A DNA stretch of 64,000 nucleotides from Eledone cirrhosa (lineage: Eukaryota), in contig OZ024744.1 in the NCBI GenBank assembly GCA_964016885.1, positions 132,494,001 through 132,558,000 on the forward strand, written 5' to 3'. The notes below the pieces were generated by a model. That model was not told the origin of the DNA and did not search any database. It saw only the letters and a program-made list of their open reading frames with translations. Position numbers and translations under genes: made by a program. Below are positions 36,517-47,735 of this stretch, one piece after another; position 1 is the first letter of the stretch; the number at the start of each line of letters is the position of its first letter.

Positions 36517-37729
36517 AGTCGGAGTTAAGTTGGGGTTAAGTTAAGTTGGGGTTAAGTTAAGTGGTGGTTATGTTAAGTTGGGGTTAAGTTAAGTTGGGGT
36601 TAAATTAAGTTGGGGTTAAGTTAAGTTGGGTGTAAGTTAAGTTGGGGTTGAGTGAAGTTGGGGTTAAGTTAAGTTGGGGTTAAGTAGAGTTGGGGTTAAG
36701 TTAAGTTGGGGTTAAGTTAAGTTGGTGTTAAGTTGGGGTTAAGTTAAGTTGGGGTTAAGTTAAGTTGGGGTTGAGTGAAGTTGGGGTTAAGTTAAGTTGG
36801 GGTTAAATTAATTTGGGGTTAACTTAAGTTGGGTTTAAGTTAAGTTGCGGTTAAGTTAAGTTGGGGTTAAGTTAAGTTGGGGTTAAGTTAAGTCGGGGTT
36901 AAGTTAAGTTGGGGTTGAGTTAAGTTGGGGTTATTTTAAGTTGAGGTTATGTTAAGTTGGGGTTAATTTAAGTTGGGGTTAAGTTAAGTTGGGGTTAATT
37001 TAAGTTGGGGTTAAGTTCAGTTGGGGTTAATTTAAGTTGGGGTTAAGTTAAGTTGGGTTTAAGTTAAGTTGGGGTTAAGTTAAGTTGGGGTTAAGTTAAG
37101 TTGGGTTTAAGTTAAGTTGGGGCTAAGTTAAGTTGGGTCTAATTTGAGTTGGGGTTAAGTTAAGTTGGGGTTAAGTTAAGTTGAGGTTAAATTAAGTTGG
37201 GGTTAATTAAGTTGGGGTTAAGTTAAGTTGGGGTTAAGTTAAGTTGAGGTTAAGTTAACTTGGGGTTAAGTTAAGTTGGGGTTAGGTTAAGTTGGGGATA
37301 AGTTAAGTTGGGGATAAGTTAAGTTGGGGTTAAGTTAAGTTGGGTTTAAGTTAAGTTGGGGTTAAGTTAAGTTGGGGTTAAGTTAAGTTGGGGTTAAGTT
37401 AAGTTGCGGTTAGTTAAGTTGAGTTTAAGTTAAGTTGGGGTTAATTTAAGTTGGGGTTAAGTTAAGTTGGGTTTCAGTTAAGTTGGGGTTAAGTCAAGTT
37501 GGGGTTAAGTTAAGTTGGGGTTAAGTTAAGTTGGGGTTAGGTTAAGTTGGGGATAATTTAAGTTGGGGATAAGCTAAGTTGGGGTTAAGTTAAGTTGGGT
37601 TTAAGTTAAGTTGGGGTTAAGTTAAGTTGGGGTTAAATTAAGTTGGGGTTAAGTTAAGCTGGGGTTAAATTAAGTTGGGGTTATGTTAAGTTGGGGTTAA
37701 GTTAAGTTGGGGTTAGTTTAAGTGGGGTT

Positions 37730-38074
37730 AACCCCAACTTAACTTAACCCCAACTTAACTTAACCCCAACTTCACTCAACCCCAACTTAAATTAACCCCA
37801 ACTTCACTCAACCCCAACTTAACTCAACCCCAACTTAAATTAACCCCAACTTAACTTAACCCTGACTTAACTTAACCCCGACTTAACTTAACCCCGACTT
37901 AACTTAACCCCAACTTAACTTAAACCCCAACTTAACTTAACCCCAACTTAACTTAACCCCAACTTGACTTAACCCCAACTTAACTCACACCCAACTTAAC
38001 TTACCCCCAACTTAACTTAACCACAACTTGACGTAAACCCAACTTAACTTAACCCCAACTTAACTTAACCCCAA
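37730..38074 (-). repeat. Inverted 16-mer cassette (CCCTGAC type)
   Basis: Same entry palindrome and exit scar. Confidence 0.93.
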
Positions 38075-38733
38075 AGTCGGAGTTCAGTTAAGTTGGGGTT
38101 CAGTTGAGTTAGGCTTAACTTAAGTTGGGGTTAAGTTAAGTTGGGGGTAAGTTAAGTTGGGGGTAAGTTAAGTTGGGGTTAAGTTAAGTTGGGGTTAAGT
38201 TGGGGTTAAGTTAAGTTAGGGTTAAGTTAAGTTGGGGTTGAGTTAAGTTGGGGTTAAGTTAAGTGGTGGTTATGTTAAGTTGGGGTTAAGTTAAGTTGGG
38301 GTTAAATTAAGTGGGGTTAACTTAAGTTGGGTGTAAGTTAAGGTGGGGTTGAGTGAAGTTGGGGTTAAGTTAAGTTGGGGTTAAGTTAAGTTAGGGTTAA
38401 TTTAAGTTGGGGTTATGTTAAGTTGGTGTTAAGTTAAGTTGGGGTTAAGTCGAGTTGGGGTTAAGTTAAGTTGGGGTTAAGTTAAATTGGTGTTAAGTTA
38501 AGTTGGGGTTAAGTTAAGTTGGGGTTAGTTAAGTTGAGTTTAAGTTAAGTTGGGGTTAATTTAAGTTGGGGTTAAGTTAAGTTGGGGTTCAGTTAAGTTG
38601 GGGTTAAGTTAAGTTGGGGTTGAGTTAAGTTGTGGTTAAGTTAAGTTGGGGTTAGGTTAAGTTGGGGTTAAGTTAAGCTGGGGTTAAATTAAGTTGGGGT
38701 TAAGTTAAGTTGGGGTTAGGTTAAGTTGGGGTT

Positions 38734-39030
38734 AACCCCAACTTAACTTAACCCCAACTTAACTTAACCCCAACTTCACTCAACCCCAACTTAACTTAAC
38801 CCCAACTTCACTCAACCCCAACTTAACTCAACCCCAACTTAACTTAACCCCAACTTAACTTAACCCTAACTTAACTTAACCCCGACTTAAACTTAACCCC
38901 GACTTAACTTAACCCCAACTTAACTTAACCCCAACTTAACTTAACCCCAACTTAACTTAATCCCAACTTGACTTAACCCCAACTTAACTCACACCCAACT
39001 TAACTTACCCCCAACTTAACTTAACCCCAA
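38734..39030 (-). repeat. Inverted 16-mer cassette (CCCTAAC type)
   Basis: Same entry palindrome and exit scar. Confidence 0.93.
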
Positions 39031-41830
39031 AGTCGGAGTTAAGTTAAGTTGGGGTTAAGTTAAGTTAGGCTTAACTTAAGTTGGGGTTAAGTTAAGTTGG
39101 GGGTAAGTTAAGTTGGGGGTAAGTTAAGTTGGGGTTAAGTTAAGTTGGGGTTAAGATAAGTGGTGGTTATGTTAAGTTGAGGTTAAGTTAAGTTAGGGTT
39201 AAATTAAGTTGGGGTTAAGTTAAGTTGGGTGTAAGTTAAGTTGGGGTTGAGTGAAGTTGGGGTTAAGTTAAGTTGGGGTTAAGTAGAGTTGGGGTTAAGT
39301 TAAGTTGGGGTTAAGTTAAGTTGGTGTTAAGTTGGGGTTAAGTTGGGGTTAAGTTAAGTGGTGGTTATGTTAAGTTGGGGTTAAATTAAGTTGGGGTTAA
39401 TTTAAATTGGGGTTAAGTTAACTTTGTGGTTAAGTTAAGTTGGGGTTAAGTTAAGTTGGGGTTAAATTAAGTTGGGGTTGAGTGAAGTTGGGGTTAAGTT
39501 AAGTTGGGGTTAACTTAAGTTGGGTTTAAGTTAAGTTGCGGTTAAGTTAAGTTGGGGTTAAGTTAAGTTGGGGTTAAGTTAAGTCGGGGTTAATTTAAGT
39601 TGGGGTTGAGTTAAGTTGAGGTTAATTTAAGTTGAGGTTATGTTAAGTTGGGGTTAATTTAAGTTGGGGTTAAGTTAAATTGGGGTTAAGTTAAGTTGGG
39701 GTTAATTTAAGTTGGGATTAAGTTCAGTTGGGGTTAAATTAAGTTGGGGTTAAGTTAAGCTGGGGTTAAATTAAGTTGGGGTTAAGTTAAGTTGGGGTTA
39801 AGTTAAGTTGGGGTTAAGTTAAGCTAGGGTTAATTTAAGTTGGGGTTATGTTAAGTTGGGGTTAAGTTAAGTTGGGGTTAAGTCGAGTTGGGGTTAAGTT
39901 AAGTTGGGGTTAGTTAAGTTGAGTTTAAGTTAAGTTGGGGTTAATTTAAGTTGGGGTTAAGTTAAGTTGGGGTTCAGTTAAGTTGGGGTTAAGTTAAGTT
40001 GGGGTTAAGTTAAGTTGGTTTAAGTTAAGTTGGGGTTAGGTTAAGTTGGGGATAAGTTAAGTTGGGGATAAGCTAAGTTGGGGTTAAGTTAAGTTGGGTT
40101 TAAGTTAAGTTGGGGTTAAGTTAAGTTAGGCTTAACTTAAGTTGGGGTTAAGTTAAGTTGGGGGTAAATTAAGTTGGGGGTAAGTTAAGTTGGGGTTAAG
40201 TTAAGTTGGGGTTAAGTTAAGTGGTGGTTATGTTAAGTTGGGGTTAAGTTAAGTTGGGGTTAAATTAAGTTGGGGTTAAGTTATGTTGGGTGTAAGTTAA
40301 GTTGGGGTTGAGTGAAGTTGGGGTTAAGTTAAGTTGGGGTTAAGTTAAGTTAGGGTTAATTTAAGTTGGGGTTATGTTAAGTTGGGGTTAAGTTAAGTTG
40401 GGGTTAAGTAGAGTTGGGGTTAAGTTAAGTTGGGGTTAAGTTAAGTTGGTGTTAAGTTGGGGTTAAGTTAAGTTGGGGTTAAGTTAAGTCGGGGTTAAGT
40501 TAAGTTGGGGTTGAGTTAAGTTGGGGTTAATTTAAGTTGAGGTTATGTTAAGTTGGGGTTAATTTAAGTTGGGGTTAATTTAAGTTGGGGTTAAGTTAAG
40601 TTGGGGTTAAGTTGAGGTTAAGTTAAGTTGTGGTTAAGTTAAGTTGGGGCTAAGTTAAGTTGGGGCTAAGTTAAGTTGGGGCTAAGTTAAGTTGGGGTTA
40701 ATTTAAGTTGGGGTTAAGTTAAGTTGGGTTTAATTTAAGTTGGGGTCAACTTAAGTTGGGGTTAATTTGAGTTGGGGTTAAATTAAGTTGGGGTTAATTT
40801 AAGTTGGGGCTAAGTTAAGTTGGGGCTGAGTTAAGTTGGGGTTAAGTTAAGTTGGGGTTAAGTTAAGTTGGGGTTAAGTTAATTTTGGGTTAAGTTAAGT
40901 TGTGGTTCAGTTAAGTTGGGGTTAAGTTAAGTTTGGGTTAATTTGGGGTTAAATTAAGTTGGGGTTAAGTTAAGTTGGGGTTAAGTTAAGTTGGGGTTAA
41001 GTTAAGTTGGGGTTAATTTAAGTTGGGGTTAAGTTAAGTCGGGGTTAAGTTAAGTCGGTGTTAAGTTAAGTTAGGGTTAAGTTAAGTTGGGGTTAAGTTA
41101 AGTTGGCTTTAAGTTAAGCTGGGGTTAAGTTAAGTTGGGGTTAAATTAAGTTTTGGTTAAGTTAAGTTGGGGTTAGGTTAAGTTTGGGTTAGGTTAAGTT
41201 GGGGTTAAATTAAGTTGGGGTTAAGTTAAGTTGGGGTTAAGTTAAGTTGGGGTTAGGTTAAGTTGGGGATAAGTTAAGTTGGGGATAATTTAAGTTGGGG
41301 TTAAGTTAAGTTGGGTTTAAGTTAAGCTGGGGTTAAGTTAAGTTGGGGTTAAATTAAGTTGGGGTTAAGTTAAGTTGGGGTTAAGTTAAGTTTGGGTTAG
41401 GTTAAGTTGGGGATTAGTTAAGTTGGGGATAAGTTAAGTTGGGGTTAAGTTAAGTTGGGTTTAAGTTAAGTTGTGGTTAAGTTAAGTTGGGGTTAAGTTA
41501 AGTTGGGGGTTAAGTTAAGTTGGGGTTAGTTAAGTTTAGTTTAAGTTAAGTTGGGGTTAATTTAAGTTGGGGTTAAGTTAAGTTGGGGTTCAGTTAAGTT
41601 GGGGATAAGTCAAGTTGGGGTTAAGTTAAGTTGGGGTTAAGTTAAGTTGGGGTTAGGTTAAGTTGGGGATAAGTTAAGTTGGGGATAAGCTAAGTTGGGG
41701 TTAAGTTAAGTTGGGTTTAAGTTAAGTTGGGGTTAAGTTAAGTTGGGGTTAAATTAAGTTGGAGATAAGTTAAGCTGGGGTTAAATTAAGTTGGGGTTAA
41801 GTTAAGTTGGGGTTAGGTTAAGTTGGGGTT

Positions 41831-42094
41831 AACCCCAACTTAACTTAACCCCAACTTAACTTAGCCCCAACTTCACTCAACCCCAACTTAACTTAACCCC
41901 AACTTAAGTTAACCCCAACTTAACTTAACCCTAACTTAACTTAACCCCGACTTAACTTAACCCCGACTTAACTTAACCCCAACTTAACTTAACCCCAACT
42001 TAACTTAACCCCAACTTAACTTAATCCCAACTTGACTTAACCCCAACTTAACTCACACCCAACTTAACTTACTCCCAACTTAACTTAACCCCAA
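41831..42094 (-). repeat. Inverted 16-mer cassette (last type)
   Basis: Closes CCAAAATCGGAGTTACG. Confidence 0.93.
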
Positions 42095-45000
42095 AATCGG
42101 AGTTACGTTAAGTTGGGGTTAAGTTAAGTTAGGCTTAACTTAAGTTGGGCTTAAGTTAAGTTGGGGGTAAGTTAAGTTGGGGGTAAGTTAAGTTGGGGTT
42201 AATTTAAGTTGGGGTTAAGTTAAGTGGTGGTTATGTTAAGTTGGGGTTAAGTTAAGTTGGGGTTAAATTAAGTTGGGGTTAAGTTAAGTTGGGTGTAAGT
42301 TAAGTTGGGGTTGAGTGAAGTTGGGGTTAAGTTAAGTTGGGGTTAAGTAGAGTTGGGGTTAAGTTAATTGGGGTTAAGTTAAGTTGGTGTTAAGTTGGGG
42401 TTAAGTTAAGTTGGGGTTAAGTTGGGGTTAAGTTAAGTGGTGGTTATGTTAAGTTGGGGTTAAGTTAAGTTGGGGTTAAGTTAAGTTGGGGTTGAGGGAA
42501 GTTGGGGTTAAGTTAAGTTGGGGTTAACTTAAGTTGGGTTTAAGTTAAGTTGCGGTTAAGTTAAGTTGGGGTTAAGTTAAGTTGGGGTTAAGTTAAGTCG
42601 GGGTTAAGTTAAGTTGGGGTTAATTTAAGTTGAGGTTATGTTAAGTTGGGGTTAATTTAAGTTGGGGTTAAGTTAAGTTGGGGTTAAGTTAAGTTGGGGT
42701 TAATTTAAGTTGGGGTTAAGTTCAGTTGGGGTTAATTTAAGTTGGGGTTAAGTTAAGTTGGGTTTAAGTTAAGTTGGGGTTAAATTAAGTTGGGGTTAAA
42801 TTAAGTTGGGGTTAAGTTAAGTTGGGGTTAGGTTAAGTTGGGGATAAGTTAAGTTGGGGATAAGCTAAGTTGGGGTTAAGTTAAGTTGGGTTTAAGTTAA
42901 GTTGGGGTTAAGTTAAGTCGGGGTTATGTTAAGTCGGTGTTAAGTTAAGTTAGGGTTAAGTTAAGTTGGGGTTAAGTTAAGCTGGGGTTGAGTTAAGTTG
43001 GGGTTGAGTTAAATTGGGGTTGAGTTAATTTGGGGTTAAGTTAAGTTGGGGTTAAGTTAAGTTGGGGTTGAGTTAAGTTGGGGTTACCTCAAGTTGGGGC
43101 TAAGTTAAGTTGGGGCTGAGTTAAGTTGGGTGTACGTTAAGTTGGGGTTGACTGAAGTTGGGGTTAAGTTAAGTTGGGGTTAAGTTAAGTTAGGGTTAAT
43201 TTAAGTTGGGGTTATGTTAAGTTGGGGTTAAGTTAAGTTGGGGTTAAGTAGAGTTGGGGTTAATTTAAGTTGGGGTTAAGTTAAGTTGGTGTTAAGTTGG
43301 GGTTAATTTAAGTGGTGGTTATGTTAAGTTGGGGTTAAGTTAAGTTGGGGTTAATTTAAATTGGGGTTAAGTTAACTTTGTGGTTAAGTTAAGTTGGAGT
43401 TAAGTTAAGTTGGAGTTAAGTTAAGTTGGGGTTGAGTGAAGTTGGGGTTAAGTTAAGTTGGGGTTAACTTAAGTTGGGTTTGAGTTAAGTTGGGGTTAAG
43501 TTAAGTTGGGGTTTAATTAAGTTGGGGTTGAGTTAAGTTGGGGTTGACTTAAGTTGGGCTTAAGTTAAGTTGGGGTTAAGTTAAGATGTGGTTAAGTTAA
43601 GTTGGGGTTAAGTTAAATTGGGGTTAAATTAAGTTGGGGTTAAGTTAAGTTGGGGGTAAGGTAAGTTGGTGGTAAGTTAAGTTGGGGGTAAGTTAAGATG
43701 GGGCTAAGTTAAGTTGGGGTTAAGTTAATTTGGGGTTAAGTTAAGTTTGGGTTCAGTTAAGTTGGGGTTGACTTAAGTTGGGGTTAAGTTAAGTTGGGGT
43801 TATGTTAAGTTGGGTTTAAGTTAAGTTGGGGTTAAGTTAAGTTGGGGTTAAGTTAAGTTGCGGTTAAGTTAAGTTGGGGTTAAGTTAAGTTGGGGTTAAG
43901 TTAAGTTGGGGTTAAGTTAAGTTGGGGTTAAGTTAAGTTGGGGTTAATTTAAGTTGGGGTTAAATTAAGTTGGGGTTAATTTAAGTTGGGGGTTAAGATA
44001 AGTTGGGGTTAAGTTAAGTTGGGGTTAAATTAAGTTGGGGTTAAGTTAAGTTGGGGTTAATTTAAGTTGGGGTTAAGTTAAGTTGGGGTTGAGTTAAGTT
44101 GGGGGTAAGTTAAGTTAGGGGTAAGTTAAGTTGGGTGTAAGTTAAGATGGGGTTAAGTTAAGTTGGGGTTAAGTTATTTTGGGGTTAAGTTAAGTTGGGG
44201 GTAAGTTAAGTTGGTGATAAGTTAAGTTGGGGGTAAGTTAAGTTGGGGTTAAGTTAAGTTGGGTTAAGTTGGGGTTAAGTTAAGTTAGGGTTAAGTTAAG
44301 TTGGGGTTGAGTTAAGTTGGGGTTAAGTTAAGAGGTGGTTATGTTCAGTTGGGGTTAAGTTAAGTTGGGGTTAAGTTAAGTTGGGGTTAAGTTAAGTTGG
44401 GGTTAAGATAAGTTGGGGTTAAGTTAAGTTGGGGTTGAGTTAAGTTGGGGTTGAGTTAATTTGGGGTTAAGTTAAGTTGGGGTTAACTTAATTTGGGTTT
44501 AATTTAAGTTGGGGTTAAGTTAAGTTGGGGTTAAATTAAGTTGGGATTAAGTTAAGTTGGGTGTACGTTAAGTTGGGGTTGACTGAAGTTGGGGTTAAGT
44601 TAAGTTGGGGTTAAGTAGAGTTGGGGTTAATTTAAGTTGGGGTTAAGTTAAGTTGGTGTTAAGTTGGGGTTAAGTTAAGTTGGGGTTAAGTTGGGGTTAA
44701 GTTAAGTGGTGGTTATGTTAAGTTGGGGTTAAGTTAAGTTGGGGTTAATTTAAATTGGGGTTAAGTTAACTTTGTGGTTAAGTTAAGTTGGAGTTAAGTT
44801 AAGTTGGGGTTAAGTTAAGTTGGGGTTGAGTGAAGTTGGGGTTAATTTAAGTTGGGGTTCAGTTAAGTTGGGGTTAAGTTAAGTTGGGGTTGAGTTAAGT
44901 TGGGGTTAATTTAAGTTGAGGTTATTTTAAGTTGGGGTTAAGTTAAGTTGGGGTTAAGTTAAGTTGGGGTTAAGTTAAGTTGGGGTTAAGTTAAGTTGGG

Positions 45001-47683
45001 GTTAAGTTAAGTTGGGTTTAAGTTAAGTTGGGGTTAAATTAAGTTGGGGTTAAATTAAAGTGGGGTTAAGTTAAGTTGGGGGTAAGTTAAGTTGGGGGCA
45101 AGTTAAGTTGGTGTTAAGTTAAGTTGGGGTTAAGTTAAGTTGGGGTTAAGTTAAGTTGGGTTTAAGTTAAGTTGGGACTAAGTTAAGTTAGGGCTAAGTT
45201 CAGTTGGGGTAAAGTTAAGTTGGGGCTAAGTTAAGTTGGGTATAAGTTGAGTTGGGGTTAAGTTAAGTTGGGGTTAAGTTAAGTTGGGGTTAAATTAAGT
45301 TGGGGTTAATTAAGTTGGGGTTAAGTTAAGTTGGGGTTAAGTTAAGTTGGGGTTAATTTAAGTTGGGGTTGTGTTAATTTGGGGTTAAGTTAAGTTGGGG
45401 TTATATTAAGTTGGGGTTAAGTTAAGTTGGGTTTAAGTTAAGTTGGGGTTAAGTTAAGTTGGGGTTAAGTTGAGTTAGGGTTAATTTAAGTTGGGGTTAT
45501 GTTAAGTTGGGGTTAAGTTAAGTTGGGGTTAAGTAGAGTTGGGGTTAATTTAAGTTGGGGTTAAGTTAAGTTGGTGTTAAGTTGGGGTTAAGTTAAGTTG
45601 GGGTTAAGTTGGGGTTAAGTTGAGTGGTGGTTATGTTAAGTTGGGGTTAAGTTAAGTTGGGGTTAATTTAAATTGGGGTTAAGTTAACTTTGTGGTTAAG
45701 TTAAGTTGGAGTTAAGTTAAGTTGGGGTTAAGTTAAGTTGGGGTTGAGTTAAGTTGGGGTTAAATTAAGTTGGGGTTAAATTAAGGTGGGGTTAAGTTAA
45801 GTTGGGGGTAAGTTAAGTTGGGGGCAAGTTAAGTTGGTGTTAAGTTAAGTTGGGGTTAAGTTAAGTTGGGGTTAAGTTAAGTTGGGTTTAAGTTAAGTTG
45901 GGACTAAGTTAAGTTAGGGCTAAGTTAAGTTGGGGTTAATTAAGTTGGGGCTAAGTTAAGTTGGGTCTAAGTTGAGTTGGGGTTAAGTTAAGTTGGGGTT
46001 AAGTTAAGTTGGGGTTAAATTAAGTTGGGGTTAATTAAGTTGGGGTTAAGTTAAGTTGGGGTTAAGTTAAGTTGGGGTTAATTTAAGTTGGGGGTAAGTT
46101 AAGTTGGTGGTAAGTTAAGTTGGGGTTAAGTTAAGTTGGGGTTAATTTAAATTGGGGTTAATTTAACTTTGTGGTTAAGTTAAGTTGGGGTTTATTTAAG
46201 TTGGGTTTAAGTTAAGTTGGGGTTGAGTTAAGTTGGGGTTGAGTGAAGTTGGGGTTAAGTTAAGTCGGGGTTAATTTAAGTTGGGGTTGAGTTAAGTCGG
46301 GGTTAATTCAAGTTGGGGCTAAGTTAATTTGTGGTTAAGTTAAGTTGGGGTTAAGTTAAGTTGGGGTTAAGTTAAGTTGGGGGTAAGTTAAGTTGGGGGC
46401 AAGTTAAGTTGGGGTTAAGTTAAGTTGCGGTTAATTTAAGTTGGGGTTAAGTTAAGTTGGGTTTAAGTTAAGTTGGGGTTCAGTTAAGTTGGGGTTTAGT
46501 TAAGTTGGGGTTAAGTTAAGTTGGGGTTGAGTTAAGTTGGGGTTTAATTAAGTTGGGGTTGAGTTAAGTTGGGGTTTAGTTAAGTGGGGGTTGAGTTAAG
46601 TTGGGGTTAAGCTAAGTTGGGGTTAAGTTAAATTGAGGTTAAGTTAACTTGGGTTTGAGTTAAGTTGGGGTTAAGTTAAGTTGGTGTTAAGTTCAGTTCA
46701 GGTTAAGTTAACTTGGGGTTAAGTTAAGTTGGGGTTGAGTTAAGTTGGGGTTGAGTTAAGTTGGGGTTAAGTTAAGTTGGGGTTAACTTAAGTTGGGGTT
46801 AAGTTAAGTTGGGGTTAATTTAAGTTGGGGTTCAGTTAAATTGAGGTTAAGATAACTTGGGTTTGCGTTAAGATGGGGTTAAGTTAGGTTTGTCGAAAAC
46901 CTTATATAATCATTTTTATTTAGGTTCTTCGAAACACCTTATATAATCAATTTTTTTAGGTTTTTCGAAAAACCTTATATAATCAATTTTTTAATACTTT
47001 TAGAAATATTTATATCTGATTTCAAATATTGATTTTATTAGGTTTTTGGAATAATCAATTTTTTTTACGTTTTTCGAAAAATGTTATATAATCAATTTTT
47101 TTTAGGTTTTTCGAATCAATTCAATTTTTATAATCAAATATTTTTAGGTTTTTAGAAAAACCTTATATAATCAAATTTTTTTAGGTTTTTCGAAAAACCT
47201 TATATAATTAATTTTTTTATACTTTTAGAAATATTTATATCTGATTTCAAATATTGGATTTTTTAGGTTTTTCGATAATCAATTTTTTTTAGATTTTTCG
47301 AAAAATCTTATATAATCAATTTTTTTACGTTTTTAGAAAGACCTTATATAATCAATTTTTTTATACTTTTAGAAATATTTATATCTGATTTCAAATATTG
47401 ATTTTTTTTTTAGGTTTTTCGAAATACCTTATATAATCAATTTTTTTTAGGTTTTTCAAATTACTTTATATAATCAATTTTTTTTATCTGATTTCAAATA
47501 TTGATTTTTTTAGCTTTTTCGACAAAATCTTATATAATCAATTTTTTTTAGGTTTTTCGAAAAAGAATGAATTTGAGTTCATAGTCGAAATATATACTTC
47601 TGCATTAATCTTTTTACGTTTTTTGATTTTTTTTAAAAAAACGTAAAAAATTAATGCTTTTACAAATCTTTTGAAATATTCAC

Positions 47684-47735
47684 AATCTGCAAAATTTGAA
47701 ACTAGAAAGTGTTCTAGTTTCAAATTTTGCAGATT
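47684..47735. repeat. Copy-specific perfect hairpin (24-bp stem, 4-nt loop)
   Basis: AATCTGCAAAATTTGAAACTAGAA-AGTG-TTCTAGTTTCAAATTTTGCAGATT. Confidence 0.93.

Larger units (their letters stand above)
27425..46888 (+). repeat. Satellite B array 2 (~19.5 kb, ~1200 units, 8 inverted cassettes)
   Basis: Same 16-mer and same order of variants as array 1, plus internal duplications. Confidence 0.97.

Noticed and set aside
47538-47723. 61-aa ORF on the minus strand
   Set aside because: Lies in satellite A, has a TTG start, is low-complexity (K/F-rich), and is open only in the copy carrying the hairpin insertion.
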